This document shows, one piece after another, positions 45,683 to 55,722 of a stretch of DNA of 64,000 nt. The notes beneath the pieces are model-generated. The model had not been told where the DNA came from and searched no databases. It saw nothing but the letters and a program-made list of their open reading frames with translations. The translations under genes and the position numbers were made by a program. This DNA comes from Candidatus Latescibacterota bacterium (GTDB lineage Bacteria; Latescibacterota; UBA2968; UBA8231). The stretch lies in contig OZ242005.1 in the NCBI GenBank assembly GCA_965204725.1, forward strand, positions 1,664,001 to 1,728,000, in the 5' to 3' direction. Every line of letters begins with the position of its first letter. The first letter of the stretch is position 1.

Positions 45683-48448
45683 CTAGGCTTCGACGCGCTT
45701 GAGGCTGGCGTTTAGCTTCTCCTGAGTGGCGCGATATTCGGCTTGGCGTTGGCGCTCTTGGGCGACGATTTCGGGCGGCGCTTTGGTCAGGAAGCGTTCA
45801 TTGGCCAGTTTGGCGTCTAGGCCTTTGAGCAAGCCGTCCATCTTGTGGATTTCTCGTTTGAGCCGCTGCCGCTCGGCCGCTAGGTCGATCAATCCCTCTA
45901 AGGGCACGAAAATCTCGGCCGTGGCCGTCAGCGCACTCCCGGAAGCCGGCGGCCGGACGAGCCCCTGCCCCACTTGCACGGAAGCGGCCCGGCTCAACAG
46001 CGCGATGTAAGGGGCGGCTTGGCGCAGAGTCTGTTCCACCTCGTCTGAGGCGGCCGAAATCAAGACCTCGACTTTGCGCCCGGGCGGGACGTTCATCTCG
46101 CCGCGAATGATCCGCACGCCGGTCACCGCCTCTTGCAGGTACTGCATGCGCGCTTCGGCCTCCAAGTCGATCAGCCCGGCATCGCATTCCGGCCAAGCCG
46201 CGACCATGATGCTGTTGGCCGCCGAGCCGTGGGGCAGTGCCTGCCACAAGGTCTCGGTGATGAAGGGCATAATAGGGTGCAACAGCCGCAGGGCGGTTTC
46301 GAGGACCCGCACGAGATGGTCTTGGGCGGTGCGCCGCGCTTGGGGATCGCCGCCCTGCAAGCGCACCTTGGCCAATTCGAGGTACCAATCGCAAAAGTCG
46401 CGCCAGACAAAGTCGTAGATCGCCCGCGTCAGGTCGCTGAAGCGATGCGATTGCAGGGCCTCGGTCATCTCGCGTACGGCCCCCTGCAACCGACTCCAGA
46501 TCCAGCGGTCAGCCCATTCGCTCCGCTCGCAGGGGCCGCGCTCGTATCCGTCGATGTTCATCAGCACGAAGCGAGTCGCGTTCCACAGCTTGTTGCCAAA
46601 GTTGCGGCCGGCCTCGGCACTGGCCGAAGCCTGCACTTGGTTGTTGGCGACCACGGCGTCGAAGCGCACGTCTTGGACGGCCCCGGCCTGCGCCAACAAA
46701 CAGTAGCGGGTCGCATCCGCGCCGTAGCGCACGACCAAGTCGAGCGGGTTGAGACCCGTGCCCAAGCTCTTGCTCATGCGGCGGCCGTCTCGGGTCAGAA
46801 TAGTCGGGTGAACCAGCACGGTCTTAAAGGGAATTTGCTCCACGCACTCCAGCGAGGTCATGGCCATCCGCAAAACCCACAAATAGAGAATGTCGCGGGC
46901 CGTGATGAGCAAATCCGTGGGATAAAAGTACGCCAGCGCGTCGCTGCGCTGCGGCCAGCCGAGGGTGGCAAAGGGCCACAGAGCCGAAGAAAACCACGTG
47001 TCGAGCACGTCTGGGTCTTGGACCCAAGTCCGGCCACCGCATTCGGCACAGGCGGCCGGCTCGGCCGCGCTGACGACGGGTTTGGCACCGGCCGCCACCG
47101 AGACCCTAAAGTTGCCCTCGCGCAGGGCCTGCTCCCGGTCCAAATCGAACATGGGGATCAGCGCGTCCCCGCTGCACTCGGTGCAATACCAAGCGGGAAT
47201 GCGATGCCCCCACCAAATTTGCCGCGACAAGGGCCAGTCGCGTATTTGGTCCAACCACTCGATGGCATAGCGGCGGAAGCGATCGGGCGCGTATTGGATA
47301 TCCGCCTGTACAAACGCGGGCCGCGCCTTGGCCGCTAGTTCCTTCATGTTCATAAACCACTGCTCCATCGGCAGGGGTTCGACTATCGTGCCGCACTTGT
47401 CGTGGTGCGGGACCGCATGGTCGTGATCCTCTATTTTGGCCAGCAGTCCCTCGGCTTCTAATGCGGCCACGACCGCTTCGCGAGCCGCCGAGCGATCCAA
47501 CCCGGCGAAGCGACCCGCCGCCTCGGTCATGACCCCGTCAAAGCCGATGACTTGGATTTGCGCTAGGTCGTGGCGCTGGCCCAGCGCGTAGTCGTTGGGA
47601 TCGTGGGCCGGCGTCACCTTGACCGCGCCACTGCCCAACTCGGGATCGGCGTATTCGTCGGCGACGATGGGAATGGCTCGGCCCGTCAGCGGCAGCTCGA
47701 CTTGCTGGCCAATGGCCGCGCGCCAGCGGTCGTCGGTTGGGTGGACAGCCACGGCCGTGTCCCCGAGCATGGTCTCCGGCCGCGTAGTAGCGACCACGAC
47801 TTGCAGTGCTCCCTCCCCCTCTTGGGCCGGGTAGCGAATGTGCCACAAGTGGCCGGCGACCTCGCGCTCTTCGGTCTCTAGGTCGGAAATGACCGTGCGG
47901 CACTGCGGACACCAGTTGATCATGCGGGTGCCGCGGTAAATCCACCCTTTCTCGGCAAAATGGGCGAAGGCCTGCAATACGGCCTCGACGTATTCCTCGT
48001 CGAGCGTGAACCGCTCCCAGCGCCAATCGTAGCTGGCGCCGAGTTGGCGCAACTGGCGGTAGATGGCGTCGCCGTATTTTTCCTTCCACTGCCAAATCCG
48101 GTCGATCATGGCGGCCCGTCCCAAGTCGTAGCGGCTCTTGCCCTCGACCTGCAAAAGCTCTTGCTCGACCTTTATATGGGTGGCAATGCCCGCGTGATCA
48201 GTGCCCGGCAGGCAGAGCGTCTCAAAGCCCTGCATCCGCTTCCACCGGACGACTAAGTCGTGGATGGCGTGTTGAATCGCGTGGCCCATGTGTAGCTCTC
48301 CGGTGACGTTGGGCGGAGGAATTGCGATGCAGTACGGGGGCTTGTCCGGGTTGATCTCCGCCTTAAAGAGGCCATTTTCCTCCCAGAAATCGTACCATTT
48401 TTTTTCTATCGCCCCGGGCTCGTACGTCTTGGCCAGTTCTTCGCTCAT
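45683..48448 (-). CDS. valS: Valine--tRNA ligase
   Basis: PPPNVTGELHMGH, TTRPETMLGD, DVLDTWFSS, RMSKSLG. Confidence 0.98.
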   Translation of the reverse strand: MSEELAKTYEPGAIEKKWYDFWEENGLFKAEINPDKPPYCIAIPPPNVTGELHMGHAIQHAIHDLVVRWKRMQGFETLCLPGTDHAGIATHIKVEQELLQVEGKSRYDLGRAAMIDRIWQWKEKYGDAIYRQLRQLGASYDWRWERFTLDEEYVEAVLQAFAHFAEKGWIYRGTRMINWCPQCRTVISDLETEEREVAGHLWHIRYPAQEGEGALQVVVATTRPETMLGDTAVAVHPTDDRWRAAIGQQVELPLTGRAIPIVADEYADPELGSGAVKVTPAHDPNDYALGQRHDLAQIQVIGFDGVMTEAAGRFAGLDRSAAREAVVAALEAEGLLAKIEDHDHAVPHHDKCGTIVEPLPMEQWFMNMKELAAKARPAFVQADIQYAPDRFRRYAIEWLDQIRDWPLSRQIWWGHRIPAWYCTECSGDALIPMFDLDREQALREGNFRVSVAAGAKPVVSAAEPAACAECGGRTWVQDPDVLDTWFSSALWPFATLGWPQRSDALAYFYPTDLLITARDILYLWVLRMAMTSLECVEQIPFKTVLVHPTILTRDGRRMSKSLGTGLNPLDLVVRYGADATRYCLLAQAGAVQDVRFDAVVANNQVQASASAEAGRNFGNKLWNATRFVLMNIDGYERGPCERSEWADRWIWSRLQGAVREMTEALQSHRFSDLTRAIYDFVWRDFCDWYLELAKVRLQGGDPQARRTAQDHLVRVLETALRLLHPIMPFITETLWQALPHGSAANSIMVAAWPECDAGLIDLEAEARMQYLQEAVTGVRIIRGEMNVPPGRKVEVLISAASDEVEQTLRQAAPYIALLSRAASVQVGQGLVRPPASGSALTATAEIFVPLEGLIDLAAERQRLKREIHKMDGLLKGLDAKLANERFLTKAPPEIVAQERQRQAEYRATQEKLNASLKRVEA

Positions 48449-48559
48449 GCCGCGTCCTTTGTTTTATTTCTTTGTTTAATGGGGTTAAAAATATAACCCT
48501 TTCCCCTGCTCTGACAATTTTGCTCGCCGCGCCTTGCTGGCTATTTTGTGTTCCGTTCT

Positions 48560-48694
48560 TTACTACACGACACCAGCTCCAGCTTTCCAAGGATCGAGGG
48601 CATCTTGCCCTCGTCGAGGGCGGGACGCCCTCGATCCCGGACGCAACGGCAACACCAGAAAAGGCGTACTCAAAGTAGGTGTCGCGTACTTAGG
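48560..48694. mobile_element. MITE/REP-like element, copy 1
   Basis: About 135 bp, near-identical to 60198-60333; imperfect TIRs (..CGACACC / GGTGTCG..); internal GATCGAGGGC...GCCCTCGATC palindromes. Confidence 0.8.
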
Positions 48695-48741
48695 TCCCGT
48701 TCCCTTTCACTTTCACTGCACCGGCACTAGGCGATTCCATA

Positions 48742-49665
48742 ATGGGCAACTGGTCCAAGCTCCAAACCGAACAGCGCAACCCAGCCAGCCAGCGCATCGA
48801 CGAGGTCTCGACGCTGGAGATGCTGGCGATCATCAATCGAGAAGACGCCCTCGTGCCGGCCGCGGTCGCCACGCAACTGAGGCCCATTGCCGACGCGGTT
48901 GACTTGGTCGCCAATCAGCTTGGGAACGGAGGCCGCCTGTTCTACCTCGGCGCGGGGACCAGCGGTCGGCTCGGCGTGTTGGATGCCGCTGAATGCCCCC
49001 CCACCTTTGGCACCGCCCCCCACTCGGTGCAGGGCCTAATTGCCGGCGGGCCAGCGGCTTTGTGCCAAGCCGTAGAAGGCGCGGAGGACGACGGCGAGAC
49101 CGCGCCCCGTGCATTGTCGCAGCGGGGCTTGGAGCCGGCCGACGTGGTCATGGGCATTGCCGCTAGCGGCGTAACCCCTTTCGTCGTCAGCGGCCTCCAG
49201 TACGCCGCCCAGCGGCCGTGCCCGACTATTTTTTTTACGTGTAGTCCCACGGCCGCCGCAGCCGTTGCCGCCTCAATCAAGATCGTCCCCGAGGTCGGCC
49301 CGGAAGTCATCACCGGGTCAACGCGGATGAAGGCCGGGACCGCAACCAAGCTGGTACTCAACATGATCAGCACCGGCGCCATGGTGAAATTGGGCAAGAC
49401 TTATGGCAACCTCATGGTCGATCTCCAGCCTACCAATGCCAAGCTGCGCGACCGCGCCGAGCGCATCTTGGCGACCCTAACCGGGGCCTCGCCGCAAGCG
49501 GCCGCGGCCCGGCTGCAAGCGGCCGAAGGCAGCTTGAAGCTGGCGCTGGTCATGGAGTGGTGCCAACTAGAGCGCACCCAAGCCCAGCGCCTCCTCGACA
49601 CCTGCGGCGGGAGCGTCAAGGCCGCCACCCTCGCCACCGGAGCCGCCCCTTGCAAATGGACCTAG
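48742..49665 (+). CDS. murQ: N-acetylmuramic acid 6-phosphate etherase
   Basis: TEQRNP, GAGTSGRLGVLDAAECPPTFG, GPEVITGSTRMKAGTA. Confidence 0.96.
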   Translation: MGNWSKLQTEQRNPASQRIDEVSTLEMLAIINREDALVPAAVATQLRPIADAVDLVANQLGNGGRLFYLGAGTSGRLGVLDAAECPPTFGTAPHSVQGLIAGGPAALCQAVEGAEDDGETAPRALSQRGLEPADVVMGIAASGVTPFVVSGLQYAAQRPCPTIFFTCSPTAAAAVAASIKIVPEVGPEVITGSTRMKAGTATKLVLNMISTGAMVKLGKTYGNLMVDLQPTNAKLRDRAERILATLTGASPQAAAARLQAAEGSLKLALVMEWCQLERTQAQRLLDTCGGSVKAATLATGAAPCKWT

Positions 49666-49771
49666 CCAAGCTCTTTGCCCCCGGTGCTCATTCGGCTATT
49701 TTCGGTATCGCGAATGTCTCCGAACTCGAAGCCAATGTACCCAACCCCGGCAACTAAAGGCGATCCACACC

Positions 49772-50869
49772 GTGAATAGACTCACCCCGAACCAAGCCGT
49801 TGGCGATTTAGAGACCCCGGTACTGCTGCTCAACCTAGAGCACTTTGAATCCAATGTGCGGCACTTGGCCGCGTATTGCCGCGACAACGGCAAGGCATGG
49901 CGGCCCCACAGCAAGGCGCACAAATCTCCGGCCATCGCCCACATCGAACTGGCCAACGGGGCCGCTGGCATCACCTGCGCCAAATTGAGCGAAGCCGAGT
50001 GGATGGTCGCGCATGGCGTCCGTTCCATCCTGCTGGCCAACCAGATCGTCAGCCCAGGGAAATTCGCCGCCCTCGCACGCCTGCAACACCAAGCCGAACT
50101 CATTGCCGCCGTAGATAATATCGCGGTCGTCGAACCGATGGCCGCGGCGGCCGCGGCCGAGGGGGTCTGCATCCCTGTGGTCGTGGAGATCGACATTGGC
50201 ATGAAGCGGGTCGGCGTGGCCCCTGGCCCCCCTGTCCTCGCTTTGTCCAAGGCCATTAGCGACCAACCTCGGCTGGCGTTCAAGGGCCTGATGGGCTACG
50301 AGGGCCACGCCCTTGACTGCTGGCCACACTCGGCCAAGCAAAGGGCCTGTTTCCAAGCACTCGACCTATTAGTAGAGTCGCGCAATTTGCTGGAAGCCAA
50401 CGGGATACAAGTGGAGATCGTCAGTGCTGGCGGCACGGGTTCATACGAGATCAGCACCCTCCACGACGGAATTACCGAAATTCAAGCCGGCGGCGGCGTG
50501 TTCATGGACGCCATGTATCGCCGCACCTGTCACGTCGAAGCCCTCGCCCCCGCTCTAACCGTGCTCACCACGGTTACCAGTCGCGCTGCCGACCGAGTCG
50601 TCGTCGATGCCGGCTTTAAGGCCCTTTCCTCCGCTCACCAGCCGCCGGAGGTGCTAGGGCGCGACGATCTGCATTTGCGCTACCTGTCGGCTGAACACGG
50701 CGTCTTCGACATTGCAGCGGGCCGAGCCGGGCCAGCCTTAGGCGAGCGGATCGAACTACTCGTCGGCTATTCGGATTCGACGACTTTCCTCCACAATTAC
50801 TTCGTCGCCATCCGCAAGGGGCGCGTAGAAAAAATATGGGACATCTCAGCGCGGGGCCTTTTGCTCTGA
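49772..50869 (+). CDS. DSD1 / D-threonine aldolase family PLP enzyme
   Basis: RPHSKAHK, GLMGYEGH, SAGGTG, SAEHG. Confidence 0.9.
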   Translation: MNRLTPNQAVGDLETPVLLLNLEHFESNVRHLAAYCRDNGKAWRPHSKAHKSPAIAHIELANGAAGITCAKLSEAEWMVAHGVRSILLANQIVSPGKFAALARLQHQAELIAAVDNIAVVEPMAAAAAAEGVCIPVVVEIDIGMKRVGVAPGPPVLALSKAISDQPRLAFKGLMGYEGHALDCWPHSAKQRACFQALDLLVESRNLLEANGIQVEIVSAGGTGSYEISTLHDGITEIQAGGGVFMDAMYRRTCHVEALAPALTVLTTVTSRAADRVVVDAGFKALSSAHQPPEVLGRDDLHLRYLSAEHGVFDIAAGRAGPALGERIELLVGYSDSTTFLHNYFVAIRKGRVEKIWDISARGLLL

Positions 50870-50899
50870 CGTCGACGAACCGCAAGGGAGAAAACATAC

Positions 50900-51184
50900 A
50901 TGACTAAAGCCGAGATCGCCCAGCAGCTAGCCCGGAGTACGGGCCTCTGCCAAGTGGATACCGCGGCCGTTATCGAGGGCTTCATCGAAGCCATAGCCCA
51001 AGCCCTATCGGAAGGCGACCACGTCGAAATCCGCGGCTTTGGCACCTTCAAGGTCGTGGACCGCGCGCCGCGCACCGGCCGCAACCCTAAAGCCGGCGCG
51101 ACCATCGCAATCCCCAAGCGCAAGGCCCCGACCTTTAAGCCTTCCAACGCCGTAAAGAGCCGAATAGTCCAGCGCGAACCATGA
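50900..51184 (+). CDS. HU/IHF family DNA-binding protein (second paralog)
   Basis: MTKAEIA...VEIRGFGTFKV...GRNPK...PTFKPS. Confidence 0.93.
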   Translation: MTKAEIAQQLARSTGLCQVDTAAVIEGFIEAIAQALSEGDHVEIRGFGTFKVVDRAPRTGRNPKAGATIAIPKRKAPTFKPSNAVKSRIVQREP

Positions 51185-52296
51185 ACCTGCTGTTGATTTC
51201 GGTCGATAGCTTGCGCTTGGATTTTGCCCCGGGGATTCATGCGGCCGAGCGCACCCCCCGATTTTCCGACTTGACGCGCGATTTCCACATCTGCCAGCGC
51301 TGCTTTTCGGTTTCTTCGGCAACTCGCCCGGTCCACACCTCGCTTTTTACCGGGCTGTACCCGTTTGAACACGGCATTGAAGGCCAGCAGTCGCCCGCGA
51401 TGCGGCAGGGCGTTGCCGACCTCTTTGACCTGTGCCAGCAAGCGGGCTATGGCGTAGGCGCGTTCTCAGAGGCTCCGGGCATTTTCACCGGTCTGAGCTA
51501 CGCCCGCCACATCGCCCCCCTGCCCGCCGACGAGCAGCTAGTCGGCTGGCTACAACGCCGCGAGCCGACCGTTCTCTTTGTTCACTATTGGAGCGTTCAT
51601 CCCCCTTATGGGGCCGCAGACGGGCGGGCCTTTGGGGAGGTGGGCCGGTTGCTAGCGGCGGGGCGCATCGACTTGGTAAAGGCGCGCTATCGCGCTGCCA
51701 TTGAACAGCTCTTTGAACGGCACATCGCCCGGCTGCTAGCGGCCTTGGACCGGAGCGCGTGGGCCGTTTTCATCATCAGCGACCACGGCCAAAGCTGGCG
51801 GGCCGACGAACCCTATCACGGTCATACCCTGTGCAACGACGTGCTGCGGGTGCCTTTGTACTACCGCCTGCCCGGCGCGGACAACCCCGCCCCGGGACGC
51901 GGGTTAATCTCCCTCGTCGATCTTTTCCCTACCTTCTTGTCACTCTTGGAGTTAGCGCACCCCTACCGCGGCTTTGCCCGCGACATTCGCTCCCCGCTCA
52001 TGCCCGATTACTACCTCGCTGAAATCGACCCCGGCCCGACAGCCCCCCATCATGGCCGCCAGTGGTCGCTGTTTGACGAGGACGCCAAATTCAGCTACGA
52101 CGAAGCGACGCAGCGCGAGCACTTAGTCGCCACCTTCAGCGAAACGCCGCGCTCGGCCTTGGGCCACACCGACCAGTATCATGCGGCTTATGCCGCGCTC
52201 AAGGCCGCGTCGAACTACGGGCATGCGGATTGGGGACCGGCCGCCGATCGCACGGTATTGGAGCAGCGGCTGCGGCAGCTAGGCTATCTGGAATAA
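51181..52296 (+). CDS. Sulfatase-like hydrolase/transferase
   Basis: LLISVDSLR.D, T-P-HTSLFTGLYP, H.PY, SDHG, RVPL, LRQLGY. Confidence 0.85.
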   Translation: MNLLLISVDSLRLDFAPGIHAAERTPRFSDLTRDFHICQRCFSVSSATRPVHTSLFTGLYPFEHGIEGQQSPAMRQGVADLFDLCQQAGYGVGAFSEAPGIFTGLSYARHIAPLPADEQLVGWLQRREPTVLFVHYWSVHPPYGAADGRAFGEVGRLLAAGRIDLVKARYRAAIEQLFERHIARLLAALDRSAWAVFIISDHGQSWRADEPYHGHTLCNDVLRVPLYYRLPGADNPAPGRGLISLVDLFPTFLSLLELAHPYRGFARDIRSPLMPDYYLAEIDPGPTAPHHGRQWSLFDEDAKFSYDEATQREHLVATFSETPRSALGHTDQYHAAYAALKAASNYGHADWGPAADRTVLEQRLRQLGYLE

Positions 52297-52299
52297 ACT

Positions 52300-53871
52300 T
52301 CACGCTCGTTCCACCTCAAAAGCGACCACGTTGCGCGTCTCTTGGCTAAACTCCACACCCACGAGGTAAACCGCTTCCCCCCGTGAGCGATACTTGGCCG
52401 CGTAGTCCCGCGCCTGCAACTGACCCAATGCCGCCCCCGACGACACCCGCTCCACCACCTTGAACTCGAACAGATACACGTTCCCATTAAACTCCACCGC
52501 CATGTCCAACCGCCCCGCCCGGCTGCTGTCCTCCACCGTGACCGAAAGCCCCAGCGACGCAAAGTACGAGTAAAACACGCTGGCGTAATAGCCCTCGTAG
52601 TTGGCAATCTCGTTGTTGGTGTGCCACTGGTAGGGAATGCTGGCAAAGAACGCCTCGAACAGCGTTTCCAACCCCTCGAAGTCGTTGACCAGCAACAGGT
52701 CGTACAGCCGAGCCATGTGCTCAACCCGGCGCGAGGGATTGCCCGTCAGGTGACTCAGCAAGCTCTTGTTCAGGCTCTGCTGCACCTCTCGGTTAGGGTA
52801 GCCCAGCCGATAGAACATCTCCCCGCCGCGCGACTCGGCTCGGCGAATGGTCAAGTAGCCAGTCTGGAACAGCAGCGCCTCGGTCGCAATGTGATCCACG
52901 TCAAACGCCGACAGCAACTCCTCGCTGCTGAGCAGCCCCTCCAACGCCAGCGCACTCACCCCTCGCGCTAACAGCATCTCAAGCAGAAACGTCGGCGTTC
53001 CCGTCTCAAACCAGTAGGCACCAAAGGCGCGACGACGAAACAGTAACAACACGTCAAAGGGGTTGTACACCTGTTCCTCGCCCAGCCAGTTGTACCCATT
53101 GTACCACGTGCGGATTTCTTCTCGGTCCAATCCGGGCAGTTCCGCGGCGAACACCGCGTCTAAGTCCGCCTCGGTATAGCCGCAGATCGCCGAGTAGTGC
53201 GGGTCCAAGGTGATGTCGATGAGGTTGTTGAGGCCGGAGAAGAGGCTCACCTTGGAGAATTTGCTCACCCCGGTGAGGAAGCTAAACGCGATGTGCGCGT
53301 CGCAGTCCTTAATCGTCGCATACAGCCCGCGCAGAAAGTCGCGGTTGGCACGCGCCACCTCCGGCACCTCGAGCGCGTCTAAAATCGGCTTGTCATACTC
53401 ATCTATCAGTAGCACCACCCGCTGGCCGGTCTGTTGATGCAGCACCTTCAGCATATACCGGAAACGCCCCCGTGCCGTGTCATAGCTGGACCGGACCGGA
53501 ACCTCGCTCTCTACCTCGTTCAACTGCTCCATCACGTCTTTGTGCAGGTCGCCCGGCTCCTTGAAATTGCCGCTGCCAAAGCTCAACCGCAGCACCGGAT
53601 GGCGCACCGACCAGTCCCACTGAGGATGGATCGCCAACCCCTTAAACAGCGGCTCGTTGCCCGCAAACAACTCCTTCAGCGTGTCCAAAAACAGGCTCTT
53701 GCCAAACCGACGAGGACGAGACAGAAAGTAGTGCGTACCCTCGGCCACCAGCCGCGCCATGTACGCGGTCTTATCGACGTAGTAGTAATTCTCTTCCCGA
53801 ATCGTGCGGAACGTCTGAATGCCGATGGGCAGCTTGCGCTTGGCCGAATCTTCAGGGGTGATCAGTAGCAT
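52300..53871 (-). CDS. AAA-ATPase-like + PD-(D/E)XK nuclease protein, copy A
   Basis: LPIGIQTF, YYVDKT, RPRRFGKSL, IDEYDKP, NYEGYY, GRLDM...FEFK. Confidence 0.92.
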   Translation of the reverse strand: MLLITPEDSAKRKLPIGIQTFRTIREENYYYVDKTAYMARLVAEGTHYFLSRPRRFGKSLFLDTLKELFAGNEPLFKGLAIHPQWDWSVRHPVLRLSFGSGNFKEPGDLHKDVMEQLNEVESEVPVRSSYDTARGRFRYMLKVLHQQTGQRVVLLIDEYDKPILDALEVPEVARANRDFLRGLYATIKDCDAHIAFSFLTGVSKFSKVSLFSGLNNLIDITLDPHYSAICGYTEADLDAVFAAELPGLDREEIRTWYNGYNWLGEEQVYNPFDVLLLFRRRAFGAYWFETGTPTFLLEMLLARGVSALALEGLLSSEELLSAFDVDHIATEALLFQTGYLTIRRAESRGGEMFYRLGYPNREVQQSLNKSLLSHLTGNPSRRVEHMARLYDLLLVNDFEGLETLFEAFFASIPYQWHTNNEIANYEGYYASVFYSYFASLGLSVTVEDSSRAGRLDMAVEFNGNVYLFEFKVVERVSSGAALGQLQARDYAAKYRSRGEAVYLVGVEFSQETRNVVAFEVERA

Positions 53872-53998
53872 GGGCTGAATCCACCTCAACGTTGGCTTGG
53901 ACAGCTATGGACCTATAACCGACAAGATAGAAACTACCGGGAGAACTCATGCAAAGAAAACTCCCCTGCTGGAATACGTTCCGCTAGACGCTGGACCG
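53872..53998. repeat. Duplicated intergenic spacer (second copy 55577-55703)
   Basis: Near-identical sequence GGGCTGAATCCACCTC...GACGCTGGACCG. Confidence 0.9.
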
Positions 53999-54004
53999 TA
54001 CGCC

Positions 54005-55576
54005 TCACGCCTGTTCCACCTCAAAAGCGACCACATTGCGCGTCTCTTGGCTAAACTCCACACCCACGAGGTAAATCGCTTCCCCTCGCCCACGATACTT
54101 GGCCGCGTAGTCCCGCGCCTTCAACTGCCTGATCGCCGCCCCCGACGACACCCGCTCCACCACCTTGAACTCAAACAGATATACGTTCCCATTAAACTCC
54201 ACCGCCATGTCCAACCGCCCCGCCCGACTGCTATCCTCCACCGTGATCGAAAGCCCCAGCGACGCAAAGTACGAGTAGAACACGCTGGCGTAATAGCCCT
54301 CGTAGTTGGCAATCTCGTTGTTGGTGTGCCATTGGTAGGGAATGCTGGCAAAAAACGCCTCGAACAGCGTTTCCAACCCCTCAAAGTCGTTGACCAACAG
54401 CAGGTCGTATAGCCGAGCCATGTGCTCAACCCGGCGCGAGGGATTGCCCGTCAGGTGACTGAGCAAGCTCTTGTTCAGGCTCTGCTGCACCTCTCGGTTA
54501 GGGTAGCCCAGCCGATAGAACATCTCCCCGCCGCGCGACTCGGCTCGGCGAATGGTCAGGTAGCCAGTCTGGAACAACAGCGCCTCGGTCGCAATGTGAT
54601 CCACGTCAAACGCCGACAGCAACTCCTCGCTGCTGAGCAGGCCCTCCAACGCCAGCGCACTCACCCCCCGTGCCAACAGCATCTCAAGCAGAAACGTCGG
54701 CGTTCCCGTCTCAAACCAGTAGGCACCAAAGGCGCGACGACGAAACAGTAACAACACGTCGAAGGGGTTGTACACCGCCTCGTCGCCCAGCCAGTTGTAC
54801 CCGTTGTACCACGTGCGGATTTCTTCTCGGTCCAATCCGGGCAGTTCCTCGGCGAACACCGCATCTAAGTCCGCCTCGGTATAGCCGCAGATGGCCGAGT
54901 AGTGCGGGTCCAAGGTGATGTCGATGAGGTTGTTGAGGCCGGAGAATAGGCTCACCTTGGAGAATTTGCTCACCCCAGTGAGGAAGCTAAACGCGATGTG
55001 CGCGTCGCAGTCCTTAATCGTCGCATACAGCCCGCGCAGAAAGTCGCGGTTGGCACGCGCCACCTCCGGCACCTCGAGCGCGTCCAAAATCGGCTTGTCA
55101 TACTCGTCTATCAGCACCGCCACCTGCTGGCCGGTGCGCTCGTGCAACGCTTCGAGTAGATGGCTAAACCGCGCCGGCGCCCCAGCGCAGTCCGACCCGA
55201 CACCTGCCCGTCTTTCCGCCGCGGCCAGTTGCGCCAGCACGTCCTCTTGCAGTTCGCTTGGCTGCTTGAAGTTGCCCCTGCCGAAGCTCAGCCGCAGCAC
55301 CGGATGGCGCACCGACCAGTCCCACTGAGGGTGGATCGCCAACCCCGTAAACAGCGGCTCGTTGCCCGCAAACAATTCCTTCAGCGTGTCCAAAAACAGG
55401 CTCTTGCCAAACCGACGAGGACGAGACAGAAAGTAGTGCGTACCCTCGGCGACCAGCCGCGCCATGTACGCGGTCTTATCGACGTAGTAGTAATTCTCTT
55501 CCCGAATCGTGCGGAACGTCTGAATGCCGATGGGCAGCTTGCGCTTGGCCGACTCTTCAGGGGTGATCAGTAGCAT
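54005..55576 (-). CDS. AAA-ATPase-like + PD-(D/E)XK nuclease protein, copy B
   Basis: Same motifs and same length (1572 nt) as copy A. Confidence 0.92.
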   Translation of the reverse strand: MLLITPEESAKRKLPIGIQTFRTIREENYYYVDKTAYMARLVAEGTHYFLSRPRRFGKSLFLDTLKELFAGNEPLFTGLAIHPQWDWSVRHPVLRLSFGRGNFKQPSELQEDVLAQLAAAERRAGVGSDCAGAPARFSHLLEALHERTGQQVAVLIDEYDKPILDALEVPEVARANRDFLRGLYATIKDCDAHIAFSFLTGVSKFSKVSLFSGLNNLIDITLDPHYSAICGYTEADLDAVFAEELPGLDREEIRTWYNGYNWLGDEAVYNPFDVLLLFRRRAFGAYWFETGTPTFLLEMLLARGVSALALEGLLSSEELLSAFDVDHIATEALLFQTGYLTIRRAESRGGEMFYRLGYPNREVQQSLNKSLLSHLTGNPSRRVEHMARLYDLLLVNDFEGLETLFEAFFASIPYQWHTNNEIANYEGYYASVFYSYFASLGLSITVEDSSRAGRLDMAVEFNGNVYLFEFKVVERVSSGAAIRQLKARDYAAKYRGRGEAIYLVGVEFSQETRNVVAFEVEQA

Positions 55577-55722
55577 GGGCTGAATCCACCTCAACGTTGG
55601 CTTGGACAGCTATGGACCTATAACCGACAAGATAGAGACTACCGGGAGAACTCATGCAAAGAAAACTCCCCTGCTGGAATACGTTCCGCTAGACGCTGGA
55701 CCGCACGGTGATGCCGTGCGCC

